Source: a virus. From it: DNA of 43,297 nucleotides. The translations under genes were made by a program, and so were the position numbers. Below, one piece after another: positions 8,499-16,807 of this stretch. The DNA lies in the IMG/VR virus record IMGVR_UViG_3300045988_110724, positions 1 through 43,297 of that record; one strand, given 5' to 3'. The notes under the pieces are model-generated. The model was given only the letters and a program-made list of their open reading frames with translations, was not told the DNA's origin and did not search any database. How positions within the stretch are numbered: position 1 is the stretch's first letter; every line of letters begins with the position of its first letter.

Positions 8499-8958
8499 TC
8501 ACCTCGCAGTTGCCAAGCACATCTTCGATTAACGTAGGTTCTGAGTCTTCCCACTGCACGAATTGGAATAATTTGTTAAATACTCCAAGCCAACTTGCAC
8601 CACGGCCTGTCCACAAATTATTGGCCTTATTTTTCACTGGTTCGACATCAAAAACATAAATGGCGCCGTTTTCATTTCTAGCGATATACATGTGTCTTGT
8701 ATTGTCAGAAAGATATTTTAGAATATCATACTCAAACTTACTCAATTTGATAGGTTGTTTATATTCAGACAGAAGCCACTTCAATTTAGTTTGTGTACAC
8801 AGCACTTTTGCTTTGGTTTTAGAAAATTTGCAATTCTTGCATACCATGGTAGTGCAATTTTTAACGCTATTATCTCTGCAATCAAAGGCGATAAAATCTT
8901 GTTCATTCTCGTTGATAACTTTTAACAACTCATTCTTATACTTTTCTCCATTAATCAT
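8485..8958 (-). CDS. Hypothetical protein, paralog A of a tandem pair
   Basis: 157 aa. The C-terminal motif FNKLFQFVQWEDSEPTLIEDVL is shared with the next gene. Confidence 0.6.
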   Translation of the reverse strand: MINGEKYKNELLKVINENEQDFIAFDCRDNSVKNCTTMVCKNCKFSKTKAKVLCTQTKLKWLLSEYKQPIKLSKFEYDILKYLSDNTRHMYIARNENGAIYVFDVEPVKNKANNLWTGRGASWLGVFNKLFQFVQWEDSEPTLIEDVLGNCEVIDDD

Positions 8959-8961
8959 TTT

Positions 8962-9273
8962 CTAATACTCCACCTTATCTAAAGCATCTTTAATCAATGT
9001 AGGCTCTTCATCTTCCCATTTGATAAATTTGAAAAGATTTTCGAACGGGCCTAAGAATTCTATATCATTCGGCTTAGTGTCGCTTCTATTCCAATAAACA
9101 TAGCCGATGTTATCATCAGTTTTTTCTTTATGAGGTTTATCTTCATAAATACACAAACTGTTATCCTGGTCTCTTGCAATCCACTTAAAATGAGTGCGGT
9201 TTTCAAGATAATTCAAGATTACAACTTCTACAAAAGCGGCGCTAAAACCAAAATATTCACCTTTCTTATACAT
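8962..9273 (-). CDS. Hypothetical protein, paralog B of a tandem pair
   Basis: 103 aa with the C-terminal motif FENLFKFIKWEDEEPTLIKDAL. Confidence 0.6.
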   Translation of the reverse strand: MYKKGEYFGFSAAFVEVVILNYLENRTHFKWIARDQDNSLCIYEDKPHKEKTDDNIGYVYWNRSDTKPNDIEFLGPFENLFKFIKWEDEEPTLIKDALDKVEY

Positions 9274-9529
9274 GTTTCTTGCCCTCCTTAAAAAGTTCGA
9301 TAGAACTGATATTACTTACATTGAGTGTGACTGCTGATACGTTTACTCCACTCATCATTTCTTTAATTTCAAAATTATCTGTTTCAGAAAAACCAATCCA
9401 TATTTTTCCACGTGCTACAGCATTTCGGATGTTATCCCACGCTATTTCGATATTCGTTCCAGGTTTCTCTGTTCTGACTGTGATTCTGTAATACTTGCCA
9501 TTGTTTGTATTGATAAATACGCTATTCAT
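9266..9529 (-). CDS. Hypothetical protein
   Basis: 87-aa ORF in the operon. Confidence 0.5.
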   Translation of the reverse strand: MNSVFINTNNGKYYRITVRTEKPGTNIEIAWDNIRNAVARGKIWIGFSETDNFEIKEMMSGVNVSAVTLNVSNISSIELFKEGKKHV

Positions 9530-9941
9530 CTTTCTTGTCCTCCTTGTTTAACTTCTTGAAGATATAGTCAACACCTTCTTTAATGCTTTCTGTAGCCTTG
9601 TCTACGTTTTCGTATGTTACGTATTGAGCAACCAGCATCTTATACATTGTTTCTTCAGAAGGAGTAACTACGTACACACTCGTAATAATACAAGCAACAA
9701 TTGATAACTTTTTGAAGGCTCGAATAAGCGCTTTTATGGTAGAAGCGTTATCCTTGCTACGATAATAAGAATCTTCTGATTTGAACCATAATGTTGCTAT
9801 TCCTATACAAATCAACATTAAGATTGTCATATAAATAGCAACCACACTGACTTCTTTTAAACCTTTTAAGACCTCGATTAGATAAAAAATCCAAGGATTA
9901 ATAATCGCCATTTTTCTCACTCCCATCTCATGTATAAGCAT
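9522..9941 (-). CDS. Membrane protein (3 predicted TM segments)
   Basis: Hydrophobic stretches INPWIFYLIEVL, VVAIYMTILMLICIGIATLWF and LSIVACIITSVYVV. The likely true start is ATG 9911 (MAIINPW). Confidence 0.55.
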   Translation of the reverse strand: MLIHEMGVRKMAIINPWIFYLIEVLKGLKEVSVVAIYMTILMLICIGIATLWFKSEDSYYRSKDNASTIKALIRAFKKLSIVACIITSVYVVTPSEETMYKMLVAQYVTYENVDKATESIKEGVDYIFKKLNKEDKKDE

Positions 9942-10276
9942 TCAAGAGGTATATCTTCTGCTTGCTCTAAAATGCAGTCTCTTATTGAAAGTAATGCATT
10001 GAGGGCACTGGGCATTCTCCTCCAATCGTTTTCAGGTATTAATCCAGCATACCCATAAGGGTTATGCGTTAATTCTTTAATTCCTTTGTTTAAATGCTCT
10101 ACTGCATAATCACATCTATAATATTCTTCGCTTTTGAAGTTCCAGTCCATGCAGCTTCTAAATAATTTTCCTAAGTTATAACTAGGAGAAGAATGAAATG
10201 GTTCTGCAATCAATGCATATTTATCACATCCTTCTACTTTTACATAAATGCCGATATCGTAACTCATAATGATCAC
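9917..10276 (-). CDS. Hypothetical protein
   Basis: 119-aa ORF in the operon. Confidence 0.55.
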   Translation of the reverse strand: MIIMSYDIGIYVKVEGCDKYALIAEPFHSSPSYNLGKLFRSCMDWNFKSEEYYRCDYAVEHLNKGIKELTHNPYGYAGLIPENDWRRMPSALNALLSIRDCILEQAEDIPLECLYMRWE

Positions 10277-10605
10277 CCCACCTTTTTAAGTGCTCTATCC
10301 ACTTCTCGATTTATTTTGAATTTCTGCCATTCTATGACTTTATTGATATCCAAGTACCCTAGAGAAACCAACTCAGCGATACAGATTAATATATCAGCAA
10401 CCTCTTCGTGCAGATTACGTTCATACACGCCACGGAACCCATGTCTTTTGACTTTTGATATTGCTTGGATTAACTCTGCGCATTCTTCCGATGCGATAGT
10501 AAGAGTTAAATCATCGCCATTAAGATGTGCGACTTTATCTAATTCAAGTATTCTGCTTTGTGGGAGTTTTAATAATTCCACCAATCTACTTATTTCTTTA
10601 TACAT
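10273..10605 (-). CDS. MazG-like nucleoside triphosphate pyrophosphohydrolase
   Basis: The ExxE and ExxD helices ASEECAELIQAISK and LHEEVADILICIAEL. The ORF track extends to 10704, but ATG 10605 follows an AGGAGAAG RBS and overlaps the upstream stop at 10598-10600. Confidence 0.6.
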   Translation of the reverse strand: MYKEISRLVELLKLPQSRILELDKVAHLNGDDLTLTIASEECAELIQAISKVKRHGFRGVYERNLHEEVADILICIAELVSLGYLDINKVIEWQKFKINREVDRALKKVG

Positions 10606-11242
10606 TCTTTTCTTCTCCTGTAATGAGTTCTGCATTAGGTAGTCTTTCAATCCATTTGCAGAAATCTTTCCATTCATCCAACTTGTGATTTCTGCGAGTT
10701 TCATAGATATTCAACAGATTTTCGTAGTTCATAGTTACTGTTCTCTTTTGGTTGTAAGAAGAAGGCAGTAACTGGATCATCTGCCACCAGTCTGACTTTT
10801 GGCCCTTTCTTTCACCACTTTCGATACCGCAGTATAACTTTCTATAAATGTTCAGCGTTGGAATGATGTGTAATTCTAAGATGTCTGTTGTCAGCATGTC
10901 ACAATGTTCATGACTGAAATCATCTAACGTGAACTCTTTATCGTGAATCTTATGCATAGTACTGCAACTATTTGCTACAGTGCCGACTTTATAAGTATCA
11001 AATTCCTTCCACCAATAAAGTGGTGCAGTGATATCAACACTTACAAAAATCTGTCTTAAGAACTTTCTATGACTAGGACCAGCGTGAACTAATCTCTTCA
11101 TTAGTTCCTTATCTTTTTTACCTAGTAAAACCAGGTCATAATCAACGAAAGTATCACTCTTATCCCAACTGTTCATAGGGTTTCGCATACCTCTAACAGC
11201 GTGCTCAAATCCCCAAATATCTGCATATTTTAAAGTAATCAT
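10598..11242 (-). CDS. ThyX-like (flavin-dependent thymidylate synthase fold) protein lacking the canonical RHR..S motif
   Basis: 214 aa. SHRKFLRQIFVSVDITAPLYWWKEFDTYKVGTVANSCSTMH aligns by eye with the ThyX core [40 protein letters not shown], but RHR is replaced by DTY. Confidence 0.45.
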   Translation of the reverse strand: MITLKYADIWGFEHAVRGMRNPMNSWDKSDTFVDYDLVLLGKKDKELMKRLVHAGPSHRKFLRQIFVSVDITAPLYWWKEFDTYKVGTVANSCSTMHKIHDKEFTLDDFSHEHCDMLTTDILELHIIPTLNIYRKLYCGIESGERKGQKSDWWQMIQLLPSSYNQKRTVTMNYENLLNIYETRRNHKLDEWKDFCKWIERLPNAELITGEEKNV

Positions 11243-11259
11243 TTAACTTTTCCCCCTTT

Positions 11260-11580
11260 TTAAATTGCTACTGTCAATGCAACATAAAATGCAATGACTG
11301 CCACAAGGATTGCGATTGCAGCTCGGTAGTTCTCTAGCTGTTCTTCCTTGCTAGACAGCATCTCTTCTTTATATCTAAGTTTGCCTCTTAAATCATTGAT
11401 TTCATCGCAGTATCTTTCGCGGCGTTCACAGGAACGGCGTTCCAACTCACGGTAATCTTCCATCAAGTCTTCATAATCTTCATAGATTGCGTTTAATTTT
11501 GTAACTTTGCTTTCGATGCTTTCAGCCTGCCTTAGAAGATCGTCTACAGGCGTTGTCATATATGACTTTTCTGCCATCAT
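11260..11580 (-). CDS. Coiled-coil protein with a C-terminal membrane anchor
   Basis: The probable start is ATG 11580, after AAGAGGTG. The C-terminal TM segment is AAIAILVAVIAFYVALTVAI. Confidence 0.5.
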   Translation of the reverse strand: MMAEKSYMTTPVDDLLRQAESIESKVTKLNAIYEDYEDLMEDYRELERRSCERRERYCDEINDLRGKLRYKEEMLSSKEEQLENYRAAIAILVAVIAFYVALTVAI

Positions 11581-11800
11581 TTTCACCTCTTTCACTTAAT
11601 TCTAAATATTTGCTTAAGTACCATCTTGCTTTTCTGATATCTTCGAGACCGTTCTTATTGGTATGTCGATATAGATATTTGAATGCATTGCAGATGCAGA
11701 AGTTTTTTACTGCTTCTACACCTTGCGTTTCTTCCATGACTTCAATGCACTCAAACTTCCCTGTCTCATAATGAGACGGGTGGTTCACACAATCATTCAT
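11522..11800 (-). CDS. DUF3310 (SaV-like) phage protein
   Basis: The signature is VNHPSHYETGKFECIEVMEE...NAFKYLYRHTNKNGLEDIRKARWYL. Confidence 0.75.
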   Translation of the reverse strand: MNDCVNHPSHYETGKFECIEVMEETQGVEAVKNFCICNAFKYLYRHTNKNGLEDIRKARWYLSKYLELSERGENDGRKVIYDNACRRSSKAG

Positions 11801-11975
11801 TTGTGTCCTCCTCTAACTTATAAATTCTAAATTTCTTATTTCCGTTTCTATATAATTTGGTGTAGAAATGGTGCAGAGACACACCAAGATAGCACGCACA
11901 TTCTTGAGCATTGCCGACGCAGACACACATATCTTCTGCATCATATATCGCATACAGATTTTTCTTTTTTCTCAA
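11793..11975 (-). CDS. Hypothetical small Cys-rich protein
   Basis: 60-aa ORF in the operon. Confidence 0.45.
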   Translation of the reverse strand: MRKKKNLYAIYDAEDMCVCVGNAQECACYLGVSLHHFYTKLYRNGNKKFRIYKLEEDTNE

Positions 11976-12318
11976 TCGCTATGACCTTTTCTATGTCTTC
12001 TAAGTTTCTTACGACATATACTCTATGATTGATTGATTTTAGGAATTTGTGGTAATCCTCTTGAACTTTTCTTAATCTGCTACCTTTTTTATCTGTTTTC
12101 ATTTCTACCCAAAACACCTCTCCGTTATTCTTTAGAACTAATAGATCCGGTGTTCCTTCAATGCCTACTTTTATAGGATTTAAAGTCTTTGTATAGTAAG
12201 TTCCAACAACCATTCTGTATGGTGTGAAGCCAGCTTCGGACAGTTCCACCATCACCTTGTTTTGAATAATATGTTCTAGCTGCATATTCCCTTCAACCTC
12301 ATTTGGATATGTACCCAT
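11941..12318 (-). CDS. VRR-NUC domain nuclease
   Basis: GTPDLLVLKNNGEVFWVEMKTDKKGSRLRKVQEDYHKFL matches the PD-(D/E)xK VRR-NUC core. The start may be ATG 12285. Confidence 0.75.
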   Translation of the reverse strand: MGTYPNEVEGNMQLEHIIQNKVMVELSEAGFTPYRMVVGTYYTKTLNPIKVGIEGTPDLLVLKNNGEVFWVEMKTDKKGSRLRKVQEDYHKFLKSINHRVYVVRNLEDIEKVIAIEKKEKSVCDI

Positions 12319-13601
12319 GCGACAGAGTAGCCACGTTCTCTAGCGATTCTCATAAGTTCATCACGGCTTCTAGCACGGCCTACTTCCATTCTCATCTCTT
12401 TTTTCTTTTTGTTTAGTTCTTCGACCTCTTGCTCTTTCACCACTCTCAGTTTGACATCTTCCATCTGCTTCAGTTCTCTACCCTTGACTTCGTATTCATA
12501 TCCGCAGTAAGGACACTTGTCAGCAGTCTTGAACACCTTGAAGCACTGAGGACAGGTACGGATAGAAAATGACCCATCGTCATTTATCATCTTTCTTTTC
12601 TTTGCACCGTCCAAGGACCATTCTCTGTCACTTGTTGGCAGACCATGTCTCTGAAAGTTTCCTACATAATCGATGATGACTGCCTTCTTTCCTTCTTTTG
12701 GAGTAAGACATCTCATTGACTGCTGAATGTACAGAGCAAGCGACATTGTCGGTCTGAGCAGTAAGCAGCACTCGCAGTCCGGAACTGTAATCCCTTCACT
12801 GATAAGTCCTACATTGCATAGTATTTTGAATCTGCCCTGTTTGAAATCGTTCATGACTTTCTCACGTTCACTCGATGGTGTGTGACTGTCTAGATGAACC
12901 GCACTTACACCATTCGCAATAAACAAATCTCTAACTTTCTTGCTATGCTCTATAGACACGCAGTAAGCGATGGCTTGCTTGCCATCAGCGAGTTCCTTGT
13001 AATACTTGAAAATATCGCCATAGACGCAGTTTTTAGTGAATAGGTCTTGTAATTCACTTGTACGATAATCGCCCCTCACAATCGCTATATCACTTGCGTC
13101 GATACCGATATTAGGCGCATAGTAGTCATAATTGCTGATTGCTCCTTGCTTCATTAATTCATTGGCCGTTATCCCCTGTACAATACAGTCGAACAGCGAT
13201 AATCTGTCACCATTCAATCGTGTAGGAGTTGCAGTGAATCCAACTACAAGAACCTTGTAATGTTCGCATACCTTCTTATAGCTGCTTGCCTCACTCAAAT
13301 GACATTCGTCAATGAAAATGACCGATGGTTTTTTAAACTCTCCTAAATGATTGGCTTCTGTAAAGACACTCGCAACTCTAGCATTTGTTATGCTTAACTC
13401 ATTAAGCAATGCTTTGTGCTGCTTCATCAGTTCTTTTCTATGAACAAGTACCAAGCCATAACCTTTTAGGTTTTTTATCATCTCAGCCATGAGAAACGAC
13501 TTGCCACTTCGGCAAGGCATCTGAATAAGTATTCCTCTCTTGCCTTGCCTAATGGCTTCTACCGTTTTCATGTATAGGTCTTCTTGATAATCCCTTAACA
13601 T
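12276..13601 (-). CDS. SF2 DEAD/DEAH-box helicase with a C-terminal zinc ribbon
   Basis: Walker A MPCRSGKS, DEAH-type box FIDECH, motif III FTATP, and CPQCFKVFKTADKCPYCGYEYE. Confidence 0.85.
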   Translation of the reverse strand: MLRDYQEDLYMKTVEAIRQGKRGILIQMPCRSGKSFLMAEMIKNLKGYGLVLVHRKELMKQHKALLNELSITNARVASVFTEANHLGEFKKPSVIFIDECHLSEASSYKKVCEHYKVLVVGFTATPTRLNGDRLSLFDCIVQGITANELMKQGAISNYDYYAPNIGIDASDIAIVRGDYRTSELQDLFTKNCVYGDIFKYYKELADGKQAIAYCVSIEHSKKVRDLFIANGVSAVHLDSHTPSSEREKVMNDFKQGRFKILCNVGLISEGITVPDCECCLLLRPTMSLALYIQQSMRCLTPKEGKKAVIIDYVGNFQRHGLPTSDREWSLDGAKKRKMINDDGSFSIRTCPQCFKVFKTADKCPYCGYEYEVKGRELKQMEDVKLRVVKEQEVEELNKKKKEMRMEVGRARSRDELMRIARERGYSVAWVHIQMRLKGICS

Positions 13602-13613
13602 AATCCCTTAAGA

Positions 13614-14081
13614 TTAGAACTGAACATCATCAAGTGAATCAATTGATGGTGGTGTTAATGACTTTGGCTTTGTATTGGCATCACCAGGTTCTTGCCATGC
13701 TGGTAAGTTCATTGCCTGTTTCTTGCTTAAGAAATAGTGAACACCTGTACGATCGCCTCCGTACTGATCTTTCTCTTTTCTTGTCTTTAATGCACCGACT
13801 TTGCCGACCCACTGACTTGCTTCCATATTCCCTCTAGGAATATCAAAACTGTCATAGATAGACTGTAATTTCTGGTTTACGATTGATGCATGAGATGCAT
13901 CAAAAACAAGGTTGTAGAATAATTTCTGATTATGACCACTGATATCAAGCATCAGACTGATCATCGGTTTTCCTGTTGATGTTGTTGTTTCTTCTGCCGT
14001 CTTGATACGACATCTGTACATACCTTGAGGTAACTCAATAAACTCGTTTTCTACCTCTTCAAATCCCCAATTAATTGCCAT
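13614..14081 (-). CDS. DUF669-type single-strand-binding-like protein
   Basis: Its position between the Sak4-like ATPase and the helicase is typical. The acidic-aromatic C-terminal tip SLDDVQF resembles an SSB tail. Confidence 0.6.
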   Translation of the reverse strand: MAINWGFEEVENEFIELPQGMYRCRIKTAEETTTSTGKPMISLMLDISGHNQKLFYNLVFDASHASIVNQKLQSIYDSFDIPRGNMEASQWVGKVGALKTRKEKDQYGGDRTGVHYFLSKKQAMNLPAWQEPGDANTKPKSLTPPSIDSLDDVQF

Positions 14082-14770
14082 TATTTATTTCCTCCTGTAC
14101 TGAATAAATCTTCCTGTCTGCACGCTTTTCTGTCATCGTGCTGATTCTTTGCATAGACATTCTTTGTTGAAAGAAGTCTGATTACTCTTTCTCCTGTAGA
14201 TGTGATTTCTAGATGACCAACCACATCACATAGACCACACACATTGTCTCTAGCACTTTTCTGAATTCTAGGCATGAATGATGTATACTGTTCTCCTGTC
14301 GGTGAAGTGACATCCACTAATTCCTGCCATGCCGTTAATAGAATTCTCTTCTGTAATGTTTTTAGATTTCTGATGATTCTAGCCAAGCCAAACTGAAATT
14401 TCTGATAATCGCCTTGTGAAGGAACACCATCATTTCTTCCAAGCTGACCATAATAAGATAGGATGCAGCTCTGTAATTCGCTTACGTTATCGATTGCGAT
14501 ATTGTCATATTTATCCGTATTGCTTGCTAACCACGCAAGTGCTTCGTTCATGCTGTTTACAATATCGTCTACATCGATATCAATAATTAGAATCCCTTTG
14601 GCATTAGGACTGTTCTTTAAGACACCGCTTGTCTTATCGATATCTAAGACAACTGTCTTGCCTGGCAGTTTTCCAATCGTTGTTGTTTTTCCATCACCTG
14701 GTTTTGCATAAAGCAGACAGGTGAACGCTTCTTTTTCGATGTTATCTGCTGTGTACGTTTTTAAAGCCAT
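14081..14770 (-). CDS. Sak4-like RecA-fold ATPase (AAA_24 type) recombination protein
   Basis: Walker A YAKPGDGKTT, Walker B-like IAIDNVSEL, a size of about 230 aa, and synteny. Confidence 0.7.
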   Translation of the reverse strand: MALKTYTADNIEKEAFTCLLYAKPGDGKTTTIGKLPGKTVVLDIDKTSGVLKNSPNAKGILIIDIDVDDIVNSMNEALAWLASNTDKYDNIAIDNVSELQSCILSYYGQLGRNDGVPSQGDYQKFQFGLARIIRNLKTLQKRILLTAWQELVDVTSPTGEQYTSFMPRIQKSARDNVCGLCDVVGHLEITSTGERVIRLLSTKNVYAKNQHDDRKACRQEDLFSTGGNK

Positions 14771-15576
14771 TTCTTTTTACCTCCGTTTTCGTTTAACTCT
14801 TCGTTTGTTGATGACTTCTTTTCGAAGTCAACTAACGTTTCAGCATCTCCGTTATAGTTGCTGCAGATGCCCGAGAAAGGACAGCCAAGAATAGAACACG
14901 CTCTATCATTTCTGTAGAAGAACTTCTCTCTGTCACATCTTTTGATTTCCTTAGCCATGGCAACTAGATTTTTTCTCTGTTCTTCTAGTTCTTCCTTTGT
15001 ACGACTTACAGTGAATACTCTGATCTTTCTTTCTGTATCTTCGTCATACCATGCTTCACAACGTTCAATGTATTCGTCTAATGTCTCTGTCTTCTTTAGA
15101 CGAATTGTTGGCTTAGTGATTACTGTGTAAGTAACCGGTCTAGTTTCTTCCTTGGCAATCAGATAATTACTTACCTGGTCGTTCATGAAATCAACCTTGT
15201 ACATATACTCGTCGGTAATGTAGTTGCCTGTTGTTTTATGTTCAATCAATCCGTCAACAGACACCGCATCAATCTTTCCTTTCAGATAGATGCCTCTTGC
15301 TAAGCGATATCTGAATTCCTGTTCAACATCGACAATCTTTGGTAACTGAGGGAGAATATACTTGATGAATGCTCTTGCCATTGCATCTGTATAATCATGA
15401 CTTTCAGTGAATGATCCTGTTGTAAGGATTTCTTCTACCTTTGCGTGATAGCTGCTACCTATTGCTAATGCCTCGTTCTCTTTCTTAGGTTTAAGCAATT
15501 CTCTGTATTCAAACCAATATCTTCTTCTACAGTCCTTGAAGTTATTAATCTGACTTGTTGTGACTTCGTAAATCAT
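14761..15576 (-). CDS. PD-(D/E)xK exonuclease, Cas4/RecB-like with a Fe-S Cys cluster
   Basis: GKIDAV...LIEHKTT nuclease core. An N-terminal Cys (FKDCRRRYW) plus C-terminal CSILGCPFSGIC. Confidence 0.75.
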   Translation of the reverse strand: MIYEVTTSQINNFKDCRRRYWFEYRELLKPKKENEALAIGSSYHAKVEEILTTGSFTESHDYTDAMARAFIKYILPQLPKIVDVEQEFRYRLARGIYLKGKIDAVSVDGLIEHKTTGNYITDEYMYKVDFMNDQVSNYLIAKEETRPVTYTVITKPTIRLKKTETLDEYIERCEAWYDEDTERKIRVFTVSRTKEELEEQRKNLVAMAKEIKRCDREKFFYRNDRACSILGCPFSGICSNYNGDAETLVDFEKKSSTNEELNENGGKKKWL

Positions 15577-15603
15577 TTTGTCTACCCCTTTCTTCTTGCT
15601 TAC

Positions 15604-15711
15604 TCGTAAGCACCTAGAGCCGTGGGATGGATTTTGGAAAATGATAGGAGAAATGACAAATGAGAAAATGTCTTACAACAGTCTTGCTCCCACGGCCGTA
15701 GATGCTTACGA
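15604..15711. repeat. Long imperfect inverted repeat: 24-bp arms with 3 mismatches and a 60-nt loop carrying four AAATG(A/T) repeats
   Basis: Left arm 15604-15627 tcgtaagcacctagagccgtggga; right arm 15688-15711 tcccacggccgtagatgcttacga. Confidence 0.7.
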
Positions 15712-15719
15712 ATCTACTT

Positions 15720-15953
15720 TTATTTTGTATATTTCTTGAACAACGCTTCTATGACCTCATCAGTTGGACTCATATTCCACTCGGTCATATAAGATATAAA
15801 TGCCTTTCTAGGTATGTGGACCGTTCTTCGTCCATTCTCTCCTTCCACAACAGAGCCAGGCATTACACCCTGCTGTATCGCATTGATGATGAACTCTCTG
15901 CTCTTGTGAGTGAGTTCCATCGCTTCGCTGACACTCATGTTCCATTCGTCCAT
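15720..15953 (-). CDS. Excisionase-like / MerR-type HTH DNA-binding protein
   Basis: 77 aa. MSVSEAMELTHKSREFIINAIQQGVMPG...VHIPRKAFISYM resembles HTH_17/Xis proteins. Confidence 0.5.
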   Translation of the reverse strand: MDEWNMSVSEAMELTHKSREFIINAIQQGVMPGSVVEGENGRRTVHIPRKAFISYMTEWNMSPTDEVIEALFKKYTK

Positions 15954-16007
15954 TGAGTTCTCCTTTCTTATCGTGCGTTTTTCACGTACTCTTGCATAAA
16001 AAAATAA

Positions 16008-16211
16008 TTAGAATTCTACATCGTCATAAAACACTTTACGTGTAGGGTTCTTTTCATTGTAGTAATTCAATAAATTATTGAATGCTCCTAATTCCATCTT
16101 TGCAGGTTTTTTCTCCCATTTAAGATATGTAGGTACTGAACATCCACACAATTCACTTGCACCTTCTGCAGTTAAATCAGCGCCAATTCTAATTTGTTTG
16201 ATTGTCAACAT
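16008..16211 (-). CDS. Cro-like XRE-family HTH regulator
   Basis: 67 aa containing LTAEGASELCGCSVPTYLKWEK, and divergent from the CI-like gene. Confidence 0.65.
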   Translation of the reverse strand: MLTIKQIRIGADLTAEGASELCGCSVPTYLKWEKKPAKMELGAFNNLLNYYNEKNPTRKVFYDDVEF

Positions 16212-16262
16212 TCATTTCACTTCCTTCCTTTGCCGTCCGTTTCTAACGGACTTCATGGCTAT

Positions 16263-16291
16263 ATAATACAGCCGTGAGCGTGCGTTGTCAA
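16263..16291 (-). promoter_or_regulatory. Early lytic promoter (TTGACA-17-TATTAT on the minus strand) overlapped by an operator
   Basis: The -35 box maps to plus-strand 16286-16291 and the -10 box to 16263-16268. TTGTCAACA occurs at 16285-16293 and again at 16202-16210; a related GTTGTTGGCAAC lies at 16357-16368. Confidence 0.6.
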
Positions 16292-16357
16292 CAATCTTTT
16301 TGAAGTTTTTTTATCTTTTTTTACTATTCATAAAATTATTTTATTTTTATAAAACGG

Positions 16358-16386
16358 TTGTTGGCAACGGAATGAAATGTTAAAAT
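16358..16386 (+). promoter_or_regulatory. Candidate repressor promoter (TTGTTG-17-TAAAAT)
   Basis: Read from the sequence upstream of the CI-like gene. Confidence 0.4.
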
Positions 16387-16413
16387 GATGATGTAGAAAG
16401 AGAGGTGATATTT

Positions 16414-16662
16414 ATGAAAGATGATTATTATAAAAACGTTGGCTCGTTCTTTAAATTAAAAAGAGAACGTAAAGGTGTATCAATAAATGACACTGCTTCA
16501 GCAATGGGTCACGCAAAAAGTTGGTATTATGATATCGAAATAGGCAGAAACAGAATCTGCCTAAAAGAATGTTTTGAAATATGTGAGTACTTAGATACTA
16601 ATATGAATGAATTACAAGAATATATAAATAAGCATTACTACAATAAAAATAAAAAAAACTAA
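16414..16662 (+). CDS. CI-like XRE-family HTH repressor (short form, no peptidase domain)
   Basis: LKRERKGVSINDTASAMGHAKSWYYDIEIGRN HTH. ATG 16414 follows a GAGAGGTG RBS. The ORF track starts at GTG 16405. Confidence 0.65.
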   Translation: MKDDYYKNVGSFFKLKRERKGVSINDTASAMGHAKSWYYDIEIGRNRICLKECFEICEYLDTNMNELQEYINKHYYNKNKKN

Positions 16663-16672
16663 ATATTTAAAT

Positions 16673-16706
16673 AAAAAAAGGCATCCTAGCGCCAACCAGG
16701 ATGCAA
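16673..16706 (-). terminator. Minus-strand intrinsic terminator between the CI-like gene and int
   Basis: Hairpin GCATCCT-N10-AGGATGC (16680-16703) is followed on the minus strand by T7 (plus-strand A-run 16673-16679). Confidence 0.5.
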
Positions 16707-16807
16707 CGTTCGTAAAAGAAACCATCTCATAAAGTCCTTTTACGTGTATGATTATATCATGATTGGCACGTACAAGGCAAAAGTAAATAGAAAGGACGTG
16801 CCACATT

